A DNA stretch of 64,000 nucleotides, taken from the NCBI GenBank assembly GCA_963664405.1, contig OY761158.1, forward strand, positions 6,656,001-6,720,000, read 5' to 3'. Source of the stretch: Thermoanaerobaculia bacterium (GTDB taxonomy: Bacteria; Acidobacteriota; Thermoanaerobaculia; Multivoradales; Multivoraceae). The notes beneath the pieces are model-generated. The model ran no database searches. It saw only the letters and a list, made by a program, of their open reading frames with translations, and had not been told where the DNA came from. This document shows, piece after piece, positions 49,912-60,500 of the stretch. The first letter of the stretch is position 1. Every line of letters starts with the position of its first letter. The position numbers and the translations under genes are program-made.

Positions 49912-52526
49912 GCTCTCCATTCGCCGCTTTTTTCAACCGCCCTGCTCTCATGGCGGGCCTCTGTCTGTGCGGACCCGCGCTGAGCTCGGGCCAGGACGCC
50001 GCAAGCATCGGGCTCGAGGCCCTGCGCGGCGGCCGTTACGATGAGACTATTGCCACGGTCGAGGAGTACCGTCGAGAAAACCCCGAGAAGCCTGGGCTCG
50101 GGCTGAGGATGGGGATGGCTCTGATGGCGCGCGGCCGCTGGGAAGAGGCGGAGCGGGAGCTCGAGGGGGTAATCTCCGGAAGTGGGCAGGACGGCGTCGA
50201 GGCCGCCCTCGAGCTTGGCAAGCTGCGACTTCTGCTGGGACGCAGAGAGGAAGCGGAACAGCTCTTTGCGAGCCTGCTCGACGCATACAATCGCCGCGCC
50301 TCGATGTCGGCGCCCGAGCTTCTTGCGGTGGGTGAGGCGTGCCGTTTGCTCGGCTCCGATGACCCGGCTCTGTTCAAAGACGCCCTGCGAGCATTTGATG
50401 AGGCGATCGCCAAGGATCCGTCCTGGCCGGAGCCGCGAATCGCCGTCGGTGAGCTTTTTCTCGAGAAGTACAACGGGACTGAAGCGCGCGGCGAGATCGA
50501 AGCGGCCCTTGCCCTCGATCCATCGCATCCCAGGGGGCTCTTGGCGATGGCCAAGGTGCTTCACTTCGAGGGCTCCTATGTAGCCCTCGAGGCGGCGCGA
50601 AAGAGCCTGGAGAGCAATCCCAACTCATTGCCGGCTCGTGTCCTGGCTGCGCAGCTCCTGCTCGAAATTGAAGACTTCGAGGCGGCGGAGGCCGAGGCGC
50701 GTCTCGCGTTGGAGGTGAACCCGAGAGCGCTCGAGGCAAAGGCTGTACTGGCCGCGACTCACTTTCTTCGCGGTGACCTGGAAGGGTTTGGCCGTTTGGA
50801 GGCGGAAGTACTCGCACTGAACCCTCAGTATGCGGAGTTCTACAACCTGATGGCCGATGCCAGCGTTCGTAACCGCTTCTACCGCCAAGCCGCGGAGTTC
50901 GGTCGCCGGGCGGTGGAGCTGGATCCAAAATCGTGGCGAGGGCTCGGCCTGCAAGGGCTCAACGAGCTTCGAGTGGGTGAGATCGAAGAGGGTCGCGATC
51001 ATCTCGAGGAGTCCTTTGCCGGTGACCCCTACAACGTTTGGATCAAGAACACGCTGGATCTGGTCGATACCTACGAAGAATACGAAGAGCATCCGAGCCA
51101 ACGCTTTCGCCTTGTTGCGCATGAGGACGAGGCGGGCTTGCTCGCCCCTTACGCCTTGGATCTCGCCGAGGAGGCCTACGACGCCCTTGCCGAGCGTTAT
51201 CGTTTCGAGCCGTCGACCCCCATTCGCCTGGAGTTCTATCCCTCCCATGCGGATTTCTCTGTTCGCACGATCGGGCTCGCCGGCATGGGGGCGCTGGGAG
51301 TGTGCTTCGGCAGCGTTATCGCGCAGGACTCTCCTCGAGCTCGCCCCGCCGGCGCCTTTAACTGGGGCAGCACTCTCTGGCATGAGCTGGCCCACACCTT
51401 CACGCTCGAAGTCAGTGAGCATCGAGTCCCGCGTTGGCTGACTGAAGGCCTCTCGGTGTTGGAGGAGCGCCGGGCTCGAGTGGGCTGGGGAGATGATCTC
51501 AGCGTCGACTTCCTGACCGCCTGGCGCGATGGAGAGCTGCTTCCGATCGCAGAGATCAACAACGGTTTCGTACGTCCGACCTTTCCGGAGCAGATCGGCA
51601 TCTCCTACTACCAGGCGTCCCTGGCCTCAGAGCTCATCGAGAGGGATTGGGGCTTCGATGCGCTTCTCGCGCTGCTTCATGGTTATCGTGACCACAAAGG
51701 AACGGTCGAGATCTTCGACGAGACGCTGGGGCTCGCGCCGGAGGATTTCGACGAGCGCTTCGAGGCCTTTCTGGAGCAGCGCTTCGGGGGGCCGCGGGAC
51801 GCGTTGGCGGCGCTCGATGAAGAGCCGGAAGACGGCGGGCTGATCGCGCCGCTGTCCGGCGAGCCGGGCGAGGCGGCGCCGAAGGGGGCGCCGCGGGCTG
51901 AAGTGGCCTCGGGGGAGGAGGCCAAGGAGCTCGCCGACGAGAATCCGGAGAACTTTGCGGCTCAGCTCGGCTACGGTCTCTACCTCTTCGACGAGGATCG
52001 AGCTCAGGAGGCGGTTCCCTACTTGGAGCGAGCGGGTGAGCTCTTTCCTCAATATGCTGCCGCTGACAGCCCCTATCGGCTCTTGGCGAAGATCTATCGC
52101 GATGAGGGAGAGCTCGAGAAGGCGGCCGCTGAGTTACGAGCGCTGACTCGGATCAACGAGTCGGACTACGAGTCCAGAATCGAGCTGGCCGATCTCGAGG
52201 AGGAGCTGGGAAGCCCTTCGGCAGCTGTCGAGACGCTCGAGAGCGCGATATTCGTATACCCCTACGAGGAGGAGCTCCATCGGCGCATGGCTCGGCTGTA
52301 TTCAGAGGCCGGATCGACCACTGGGGTGGTCCGCGCCCGCTCGGCTCTGGTAGCTTTGCGCCCGACGGATATGGCAAAGGCATACTTGGATCTTGCGCTC
52401 GCTCATTTCGAGGCGGGCAATCACGCTGACGCGCGGCGCGAGGTTCTCCGCGCCCTGGAGATCGCCCCCGCTTACGAAGATGCGCAACGCTTACTCCTTC
52501 GCATCCACAGGCTTCCGGCTTCCTGA
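49908..52526 (+). CDS. secreted TPR-repeat protein with a central zinc metallopeptidase (clan MA-like) domain
   Basis: Many TPR repeats; LWHELAH...PRWLTEGLS...YYQA. Confidence 0.85.
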   Translation: MSSPFAAFFNRPALMAGLCLCGPALSSGQDAASIGLEALRGGRYDETIATVEEYRRENPEKPGLGLRMGMALMARGRWEEAERELEGVISGSGQDGVEAALELGKLRLLLGRREEAEQLFASLLDAYNRRASMSAPELLAVGEACRLLGSDDPALFKDALRAFDEAIAKDPSWPEPRIAVGELFLEKYNGTEARGEIEAALALDPSHPRGLLAMAKVLHFEGSYVALEAARKSLESNPNSLPARVLAAQLLLEIEDFEAAEAEARLALEVNPRALEAKAVLAATHFLRGDLEGFGRLEAEVLALNPQYAEFYNLMADASVRNRFYRQAAEFGRRAVELDPKSWRGLGLQGLNELRVGEIEEGRDHLEESFAGDPYNVWIKNTLDLVDTYEEYEEHPSQRFRLVAHEDEAGLLAPYALDLAEEAYDALAERYRFEPSTPIRLEFYPSHADFSVRTIGLAGMGALGVCFGSVIAQDSPRARPAGAFNWGSTLWHELAHTFTLEVSEHRVPRWLTEGLSVLEERRARVGWGDDLSVDFLTAWRDGELLPIAEINNGFVRPTFPEQIGISYYQASLASELIERDWGFDALLALLHGYRDHKGTVEIFDETLGLAPEDFDERFEAFLEQRFGGPRDALAALDEEPEDGGLIAPLSGEPGEAAPKGAPRAEVASGEEAKELADENPENFAAQLGYGLYLFDEDRAQEAVPYLERAGELFPQYAAADSPYRLLAKIYRDEGELEKAAAELRALTRINESDYESRIELADLEEELGSPSAAVETLESAIFVYPYEEELHRRMARLYSEAGSTTGVVRARSALVALRPTDMAKAYLDLALAHFEAGNHADARREVLRALEIAPAYEDAQRLLLRIHRLPAS

Positions 52527-52564
52527 GCCTGCCCAATAGCGTCGCCCAAGAAAGAAACTCTCCT

Positions 52565-53350
52565 TTGAAACCGATCTGTCTTCTGGCGCTCACGGCCCTC
52601 TGCCACATGTTCGTGAGCTCGGCTGTTGATGCCGATGTCGAGCCGCCGGAGGTCCGTTACGAAAACGTTCCCTTCAACGGCGACCTCACCTTTGCGCGGA
52701 TTCGCTTCACCCCCAGTGTCTGGGGCCCCGGCCCTTTTTATTGGGGCTGGGATCTGAAGTGGAATCATGACTATCCGTGGGCTGAAGAGAATCTGATGAA
52801 GATTCTCGATGAGCTCACCACGATCGTCCCGAATCTCGAAGGTGGAAACATCCTCTCCGCCGACGACCCCGAGCTTTTCAACTACCCGTTTGCCTATCTG
52901 TGCGAAGTGGGCTTCTGGGAGCCGAGCGAGAGAGAGGCGGAGTCCTTGAGGGAGTATCTGCTCAAGGGCGGTTTCATCGTGGTCGACGATTTCGCCGACC
53001 CCTATATGCGGGGTCCCCAGCTGCGCAACTTCGAGTACCACATCAAGAGGGTTCTGCCTGGCGCCATCCTCTACGAGCTCGATGCCTCGCACGACGTTTT
53101 CGATGCCTTTTTCGGAATCGAGAACCTCGATTTCACCCATCCCAAACTGCCTTATTTGGAGACCGTATTTTTCGGCATCTTCGAGGACAACGACCCCAGC
53201 AAGCGATTGATGGTTGTCGCTAACTACAACAACGATATCGGCGACTATTGGGAGTGGTCGGATCAGCCAGACAACTGGTACCCGATCGACCTGACCAGGA
53301 AGGGCTTCCAACTGGGCGTGAATTACATTCTCTACGGGCTCACTCATTGA
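52565..53350 (+). CDS. secreted DUF4159 domain protein (paralogue 3)
   Basis: Signal peptide; WNHDYPWAE, YLLKGGFIVVDDF, RLMVVANYNNDIGDYWE and C-terminal YGLTH. Confidence 0.88.
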   Translation: MKPICLLALTALCHMFVSSAVDADVEPPEVRYENVPFNGDLTFARIRFTPSVWGPGPFYWGWDLKWNHDYPWAEENLMKILDELTTIVPNLEGGNILSADDPELFNYPFAYLCEVGFWEPSEREAESLREYLLKGGFIVVDDFADPYMRGPQLRNFEYHIKRVLPGAILYELDASHDVFDAFFGIENLDFTHPKLPYLETVFFGIFEDNDPSKRLMVVANYNNDIGDYWEWSDQPDNWYPIDLTRKGFQLGVNYILYGLTH

Positions 53351-53487
53351 GCCCAAACTCTGAGCGAACAGATGATAGAAAGACGACGACGCAGCCCGGG
53401 CCATGGCCCGAAAGACGATTATTCGCGAGGCCTGGCTCGGGCCGAGTTCGGGGTGGCCCTCAACGGCCGTCTCTCGAGGAGAACGAA

Positions 53488-54546
53488 GTGGAAGACGTGA
53501 TTACCGAGACTCTTACCGACCCGGGCGACGGCGCCGCCCTCGAGGCTGAAGAAGACGTAGCTCTGGCCGACCGTCTTCGCCAGGGTCATGACGCCATGAT
53601 GGCGCAGTTACACAAGAAGATCATCGGTCAGGACGATGTTCTCGACCAGATCCTTCTGTCTCTCTTTGTCGGCGGCAACAGCATTATCACCGGCGTCCCC
53701 GGGCTCGCCAAGACCCTGATTATTCAATGCGTCGCCGATGTCCTCGACCTCAACTTCAATCGCATTCAGTTCACCCCGGACCTCATGCCTTCCGACATTA
53801 CCGGAACCGACATCATTCAGGAGGATCCGGACACCGGCCGTCGCAAGATGACCTTTATGGGCGGTCCGATCTTCTGCAACATCCTGCTTGCCGATGAGAT
53901 CAATCGAACACCCCCGAAGACTCAGTCCGCGCTGCTCGAAGCGATGCAGGAGCACCACGTGACCGTGCAGGGCACCACCTACACGCTCGAGGAGCCCTTC
54001 TTCGTTTTCGCAACCCAGAATCCGATCGAGCTCGAAGGCACCTATCCCTTACCCGAGGCCCAGCTCGATCGGTTCATGTTCGACGTCGTCATCGATTACC
54101 TCCCGGAAGATCTCGAGATGGAGGTTGTGCGCGTCACCACGGCCATCGAAGATGTGCACTTCGAGCGCACCGTGAGCGGGCCTGATCTGATCGCCTTTCA
54201 GCGCCTTGTACGCCGGGTGCCGGTCTCGGAGGCGGTGCTGCACTACGCTCTACGCCTGGTGCGCGCCAGTCGGCCGGGTGCAGACAACCCGCCGGAGTTC
54301 ATCAAAAAGTGGGTCGACTATGGCGGCAGCGTCCGCGCCGCCCAGTACCTGATCCTAGGCGGCAAGGCCAGGGCCCTGACTCGCGGGCGGTACCACGTCA
54401 GCTTCGAGGACATTCAAGCCCTGGCCCATCCTGTCCTTCGCCACCGCATCCTCACCAATTTTCACGCCGAATCCGAGCGAGTGAGCTCAGACGACGTGGT
54501 TGATCATCTCTTGGAGATCACGCCTCTGCCGCACTCCGAGATGTAG
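53488..54546 (+). CDS. moxR: MoxR-family AAA+ ATPase
   Basis: GVPGLAKT, RIQFTPDLMPSDITG, LADEINRTPPKTQSALLEAMQE and ATQNPIELEGTYPLPEAQLDRF; GTG after GAGGAG. Confidence 0.95.
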   Translation: MEDVITETLTDPGDGAALEAEEDVALADRLRQGHDAMMAQLHKKIIGQDDVLDQILLSLFVGGNSIITGVPGLAKTLIIQCVADVLDLNFNRIQFTPDLMPSDITGTDIIQEDPDTGRRKMTFMGGPIFCNILLADEINRTPPKTQSALLEAMQEHHVTVQGTTYTLEEPFFVFATQNPIELEGTYPLPEAQLDRFMFDVVIDYLPEDLEMEVVRVTTAIEDVHFERTVSGPDLIAFQRLVRRVPVSEAVLHYALRLVRASRPGADNPPEFIKKWVDYGGSVRAAQYLILGGKARALTRGRYHVSFEDIQALAHPVLRHRILTNFHAESERVSSDDVVDHLLEITPLPHSEM

Positions 54547-54548
54547 AG

Positions 54549-55478
54549 ATGAGCCGCGCGAGAGTCTACGGCGAGAGCTCGGCCGGCTCGCCGACCCGCT
54601 TTTTGGAGCCAAAGACCTTGGCGCGGATCAGCAATCTCGACCTCTTGTCTCGGACCGTTGTCGAGGGTTTTATCTCCGGGCTTCATCGCTCACCTTTCTT
54701 CGGCAGATCGCTCGACTTCGCTGAGCATCGCCCCTACATGCCGGGAGACGACATTCGTCAGATCGATTGGAAAGTCTTTGCCCGGAGCGATCGTTTCTAT
54801 GTCAAAGTGTTCGAGGCAGACACCAACAGTAACTGCGTGATTCTGCTCGACGTTTCGCGCTCGATGGCCTTCGCTTCCGAGTCGATCTCGAAATTGGACT
54901 ACGGGCGCTACCTCGCGGCGTGCCTCGCCTATTTCTCTCATAGGCAGAGAGACCGAGTCGGTTTCGCCAGCTTCGACAACGAAGTCGTGACTTTTGTCCC
55001 TCCTTCGGCGAAGCATCTCGAAGAGGTGCTTCACACTATTGACCGTCTCGAGCCGGGCGGAGCAGGTAGCTTGCTTGCGCCTCTGCAGCATCTCGGCGGT
55101 CTTCTTCGTCGTCGGAGCATGGTCATACTCATCTCAGACTTCTACGAAGAGCCCGAAGAGATCTTCAAGGCGGTCTCTCTTCTGCGCAGCAGAGGCAACG
55201 ATGTGCTCGCTTTCCACCTTCTCGACGCCGCCGAGCTCCGATTCCCGTTTCAGGAAATCGCGGAGTTCGAGGATCTCGAGACCGAGACACGGATCGCGGT
55301 ACAGCCCGAGCTCCTGAGGGAGGAGTATCGGAGGCTGATCGGAAGGCATATCGAGTCGCTGGATGAGAAATTGAGCGAAGCGGGTGTGGCCTACCACCTC
55401 TTCGACACCTCGGTACCCCTGGACTTTGCCCTCTACTCCTATCTCTCCAGTCGCCAGAGAGTGACTCGCATTCGCTGA
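54549..55478 (+). CDS. DUF58 domain (vWA-like) protein
   Basis: GLHRSP..GRSLDFAEHRPYMPGDDIRQIDWK, DVSRSM and ISDF. Confidence 0.94.
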   Translation: MSRARVYGESSAGSPTRFLEPKTLARISNLDLLSRTVVEGFISGLHRSPFFGRSLDFAEHRPYMPGDDIRQIDWKVFARSDRFYVKVFEADTNSNCVILLDVSRSMAFASESISKLDYGRYLAACLAYFSHRQRDRVGFASFDNEVVTFVPPSAKHLEEVLHTIDRLEPGGAGSLLAPLQHLGGLLRRRSMVILISDFYEEPEEIFKAVSLLRSRGNDVLAFHLLDAAELRFPFQEIAEFEDLETETRIAVQPELLREEYRRLIGRHIESLDEKLSEAGVAYHLFDTSVPLDFALYSYLSSRQRVTRIR

Positions 55479-55484
55479 GCCGTA

Positions 55485-57557
55485 ATGGGTCTTTCGTTCC
55501 TCACGCCCTTTTTCCTCGCCGGCTTTGCCCTTCTGGCCGTGCCCGTTCTGATTCATCTCCAGCGTCGTCATCGGGCCAGGGTTCTGGCGTTCCCGTCGCT
55601 CATGTTTCTTCGCAAAGTCGAGCAGGCCTCGGTTCGAAGGCGACGGATCCGACACTGGGCCTTGCTCGCCCTGCGCTGCCTTGCGCTCGCAATCCTGGTC
55701 CTGGCCTTCTCGCGACCGATCCTGCAGGCGGGGGCAACGGCGGTCGGCGAGCTTGGTGAGGGACGAGAGCTGGTCCTCCTTCTCGACCGTTCTTACAGTA
55801 TGGGCTTCGAAGATCGCTGGGATCGCGCTCGTGATGCAGCCAGAGAAGCGATCAACGGCATGGCGGAGGGGGACGTTGCGTCGCTCGTGGCTTTCGACGA
55901 GTGGTCTACCATCCTCTCGCAACCCACCGGCGATCGGCTCGAGCTCGAGCAGCTACTAGCGAGCGTCGAGCTGAGCCCAAGGCCCACCCGCTTCGCCCCG
56001 GTGATCAAGTCGGCGCGAAAGATCGTTCTCGAATCGGAGCTGCCTCATCAGGAGGTTCTCCTCATCAGCGACTTTCAGCGAGTGGGGTGGGATCGGGGGG
56101 AGGACCTCCGGCTTCCTGCAGGTGCCGAGGTCCGTCTCGTTGATCTCTCAGACCGCGATCGTCTCGGTGTTACGCCGTCAAACTTGGCCCTGATTTCGTT
56201 GATACTCGAGCGCAGCCAGCTCGAGAATCGCGAGAGAATCGTGGTTCAGGCACGGGTGAGCCGTCGCGGCGGAGACCAGGAAATACCCGCGAGCCTCTCC
56301 CTTTCGCTGAATGGTCGCGAGCTCGAGAGTCTCGAGATCAGTGTGGATCCCGATAGCTCGACCTTAGTCGGTTTCGAAGACTTCTCTCTCCCTGCGGGGG
56401 TCTCCCGAGGGAAGGTGAGAATCGTCGGCGACTCTCTCGCCGCCGACAACGAGCTCTTCTTCGTCCTTTCTCGAGGGCAGACCCTTCCTGTGCTGCTCCT
56501 CGAAGAGCCGCGCCGCGGTGGCGGGGGGAGCGGTCTGTATATCGAGAAGGCATTGTCTCTGGCGATCGAACCGATGATCCAGGTCCGTCGACTTCGTGGT
56601 GGCAGGCCCTCGACCGAGGACCTCGAGCAGGCCGCCGTCGTCGTTCTTAGCGATGTCGAGCTCGGCTCGACTTCGGTCGCTGCCGAGCTTCGTTCTTTCG
56701 TCGAGGAGGGAGGGGGGCTCCTAGTGGCGCTGGGCAGTCGCAGCGGAGAAACCCATGCAGCTCTCGCCGAGGCCGGTCTCTTGCCCAAGCCTAGTGTGGG
56801 CCAGGGCGGCGGGCCCGCAATGCGAGTGACTCGACTGGCATTTCTCGACCGAACTCTGCCCGGCTTCGAGCTTTTCTCCGGGCCTCGAAGTGGCGACTTC
56901 GGCACTGCTCGTTTCTTTCGTCGACAGCATCTTGCGCCGGAGGCCGACCTCGACCGGGTTCTTGCACGTTTCGAGGATGGCGGGGCCGCCTTGCTCGACC
57001 GTAAGGTAGGTGACGGGCGCGTCATGGTGTGGGCGTCGACACTAGACACCTATTGGAATGACTTCGTTCTGCAGCCGGTCTTCCTCCCTTTTCTTCACCA
57101 GTCGGTAAAGAACCTGTCCGGGTTTCGCCCTCCGGCTCCGTGGCACACGATCGGCGATGTCGTGGACTTAGCGGATCTGAGAGTCGACGGAGAAGATCAG
57201 CTTTCGGGCCAAACGCTGGAAATCACTACCCCACGGGGCGATGAGGTTGTAGGTGGCGAGGTCCTGGAGGTGGAGGAGGCTGGGTTCTACTCCTTGACGG
57301 TGGACGAGGAAGAGGTGGATGTGCTGGCGGTGAACGTAGACCGGAGAGAGTCGGATCTTGCCTCGCTCGATAGCGAGGAATTCCTCGCAGCTCTGCAGTC
57401 GTTAGGAGGGAATAGTGACGCAGAAGGTCGGGCGGTGGTGCGGACCGCCGAGGAACGGGAGCGAGCTCAGGGCCTCTGGCGCTACCTCGCCCTGGTGGGC
57501 CTCCTGCTTTTGGTTGGCGAGATCTTCCTAGCGAATAGACTGTCGATGGCCAGCTGA
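55485..57557 (+). CDS. BatA N-terminal double-TM + vWA domain membrane protein
   Basis: PVLIHL...FPSLMFL...LLALRCL..LAFSRP, DRSYSM, ISDFQ, ADN, FVEEGGGL and ESDL; C-terminal TM. Confidence 0.9.
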   Translation: MGLSFLTPFFLAGFALLAVPVLIHLQRRHRARVLAFPSLMFLRKVEQASVRRRRIRHWALLALRCLALAILVLAFSRPILQAGATAVGELGEGRELVLLLDRSYSMGFEDRWDRARDAAREAINGMAEGDVASLVAFDEWSTILSQPTGDRLELEQLLASVELSPRPTRFAPVIKSARKIVLESELPHQEVLLISDFQRVGWDRGEDLRLPAGAEVRLVDLSDRDRLGVTPSNLALISLILERSQLENRERIVVQARVSRRGGDQEIPASLSLSLNGRELESLEISVDPDSSTLVGFEDFSLPAGVSRGKVRIVGDSLAADNELFFVLSRGQTLPVLLLEEPRRGGGGSGLYIEKALSLAIEPMIQVRRLRGGRPSTEDLEQAAVVVLSDVELGSTSVAAELRSFVEEGGGLLVALGSRSGETHAALAEAGLLPKPSVGQGGGPAMRVTRLAFLDRTLPGFELFSGPRSGDFGTARFFRRQHLAPEADLDRVLARFEDGGAALLDRKVGDGRVMVWASTLDTYWNDFVLQPVFLPFLHQSVKNLSGFRPPAPWHTIGDVVDLADLRVDGEDQLSGQTLEITTPRGDEVVGGEVLEVEEAGFYSLTVDEEEVDVLAVNVDRRESDLASLDSEEFLAALQSLGGNSDAEGRAVVRTAEERERAQGLWRYLALVGLLLLVGEIFLANRLSMAS

Positions 57558-57568
57558 GAGGAGATGCG

Positions 57569-60500
57569 ATGAGCGAGCTGATCTCTGCCTACGACGAGCT
57601 GCTTCGGGCGATACGCACTACCCGTCGGCGCTGGAAATTGAAGATACTGCTGCGAGGGCTCGCGGTTGTTTTGGCATCGGGCTTCTGCGCTTTCGCGATT
57701 TCGGTCTGGGCGATGGACCGCTTTCACTACAGCGAGGGCGCGGTCTCAATGACTCGGGTCTTGATCTGGATCGCGCTGGTGGCGTTGGTGGCTCGCTTTC
57801 TCGTCCTACCCCTGAGCCGCAGTGTCACCGATCGACAGGTCTCCCTCTACATCGAGGAGAATGAGCCCAATCTCCAGGCGGAGCTTCTCAGTGCGGTGGA
57901 GCTCGGGGCCGAAGCAAAACGCAAGGGCGATGACACCTCCGGCCAAGCTACTTCGGCTCACCTGCTGACTCGTTTGCTGGAGCAGGCGATCATGAGCTGC
58001 CAAGCTCTGGACTACGGGGCTACGATCGAGCGCTCAGGGCTGCGCCGCTTCTCCGCGCTGACAGGACTGGTTACGCTGGTCGCGGCCGGCGCCATTCTGC
58101 TGTTTCCCGCTTTTCTTCAGCACGGGGCTTTGCTGCTCTTTCTTCCCTGGAAGGGCGCGGCCCTGGAGAACCCGTACAGTATCGATGTAGTCCCGGGCGA
58201 CATCACTCTGGCGCGAGGCTCGGATCAAGAGGTCCGCGCCCAGCTCCTCGGTTTCGATACCGAGGCGGTGGAGCTTGCTCTTCGCCGCGGTGATGGATCT
58301 TGGGAACGCTGGCCGATGGCGTCCCAGGTCGACGATCCTGTGAAGATCTTCATGATGCTCGACCTTCAGGACGCGAGCGAGTACTACGTCGAGGCGGAAG
58401 GAGTGCGTTCAGATCTCTATCGCATCGAGGTTGCCGACCTACCCTATGTGGCGAGATTGGATCTCGAGTATCGCTTTCCGGCCTATACCGGGCTCGAACC
58501 TCAGAGGATCGAGGACGGCGGCGATATCGCGGTGCTGCGGGGTACCGAGGTCTTGCTCGAGATCACGCCGACGGTGCCAACGGAAGAGGGCCAGATCGTG
58601 CTGGAGGGCGACGGCGAGGAGCTCACTGCACTCGCTCTCGAAGCGCGGGAGGACGGGCTTCTGTTGGCGTCTCTGACCGTCGAGAGCGAGGCCTTTTACA
58701 GTGTCGAGCTGCGCGGCCCAACGGGCGACATGCTCCGGGCGTCGGCCGAATATGCGATCGAAGTTCTGGAAGACCAGCCGCCGATCATCTCCATTGTCGA
58801 GCCCGGGCGCGATGTGCGAGCGCACAAGCTAGAGGAGATCTTCGCCGAGGTGAAGGCCGAGGACGATCATGGCTTAGCTCGAGTCGATCTAATCTACTCG
58901 GTCAACGGAGAAGAGGAGCAGACCGTCACTCTCCTCGGGGGCAAGCGTCGACCCAAAGAGATCGAGGGGGGCCACACTTTCTATCTCGAAGAGCTCGATC
59001 TCCAAGATGGCGATTTCATCGCCTATTACGCAACGGCGAGGGATGTCGGCGATGCCAGTCAGCGCAGAGATGCGACCACGGATATCTATTTTGTTGAGAT
59101 CAGTCCCTTCACCAAGAACTATCGCCAGGCCCAGCAGCAGGGCGGCGGGGCCGGCGGCGGGGGAGAGATGGGCAATGCTCTCTCCCAACGGCAGCGACAG
59201 ATCATTGCCGCGACTTTCAAATTGGTTCGCGACAAGGACGAGTACACCAGCAAGGACTTTGCAGAGAACCTCACCACCGTCGCACTGATGCAGGGGCGGC
59301 TGCGGGCGCAGGTAGACAACCTCATCGGACGGATGGAGAACCGACTGCGTGGGGAGGACGAGTTCCAAAAGATCGTGGACAACCTCCAGCAAGCTTCGGC
59401 CGAGATGGAGCCGGCGCAAGCGCAGTTGAGCGCGCTGCGACCCGAGGACGCTCTCCCCCCGGAACAGCGCTCTCTCAAATTTCTGCAACGGGCAGAAGCC
59501 ACTTTCCGTGACGTGCAGGTCTCATTTCAGCGAGGGGGCGGTGGAGGAGGGGGAGAAGCGCAGCGTATGGCCGAAGACCTGGCGGACCTCTTCGAGCTCG
59601 AGCTCGACAAGTTGCACAACCAATACGAGACAGTGCAGAGGGGAGAGCGACAGGCCCTGCAGGAAGAGGTGGACGAGGCGCTGCAGAAGCTCAAAGAGCT
59701 TGCCAAGCGCCAAGAGCAGGAGAACGAGCGGGCTCGCAGGCTGGCGTCTCAGATGGGACTCTCAGGAGCGGCGGGCGGTAACCAGCGCGACCTGGTCAAG
59801 GAGACCGAGGAGCTGGCTAGGAAGCTCGAGCGTCTGGCGAGGGAGCAATCGCGTGCGGATCTCAAGCAGACGGCGAGGAGGCTGCAAAGTGCTGCCGACG
59901 CCATGCGCAAGGCTATGGCCCATCGCTCCGCCGGGGAGGTCGCTGGAGGGGGCGATGCCCTGGAAGAGCTGAAACGCGCAAGGCGACTCCTCGAGAAGAA
60001 CCGCGACTTCCAGCTCGCCGCGGAGATGGACGATTTGGAATCGAGGGCCCGGAGAGCGGAAGGTCTACAACAAGAGATCAGCTCGCAGGTGGGTCAGCTC
60101 GATCCGACCGGCGAGCGCGGATCCTTCGTCGAAGCAGTCGAGAACATTCTCGAAAAGAAGGACGAGCTGGCAAAAGAGATCGCCGATCTCGAAAACCAGA
60201 TCGACCAGGTTGCGCGGCAGGCGCGGCGCACTCAGAAGGACGCATCGAGGGGGCTGAGCGAGGCCTCTGAGTCGATCCGGGAGAATCAGCTCAAGGAGAA
60301 GATTCGCTACTCCAAGGGCGTGGTCAGGGGCCGCTCTCCTGAATATGCCCAGGGATTCGAGGGCGAGATCTCTTCCGATATCGAGGAAATGTCCGGACGC
60401 CTGGCGGAGGCGAAGGGCGCGATGGGCACGTCACCGGACGATCGAGAAGCTGCGGCCCTGGAGAGCGCGAGGGAACTGGTGCGTCGCCTCGAGTCCTTCG

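Noticed and set aside
53248-53487. Extended N-termini in the ORF track (moxR; also pnp, rpsO, rimP, comEC, B12 subunit, YceH, radC)
   Set aside because: The extensions overlap neighbouring genes or leaders; downstream starts with an RBS give family-typical lengths.
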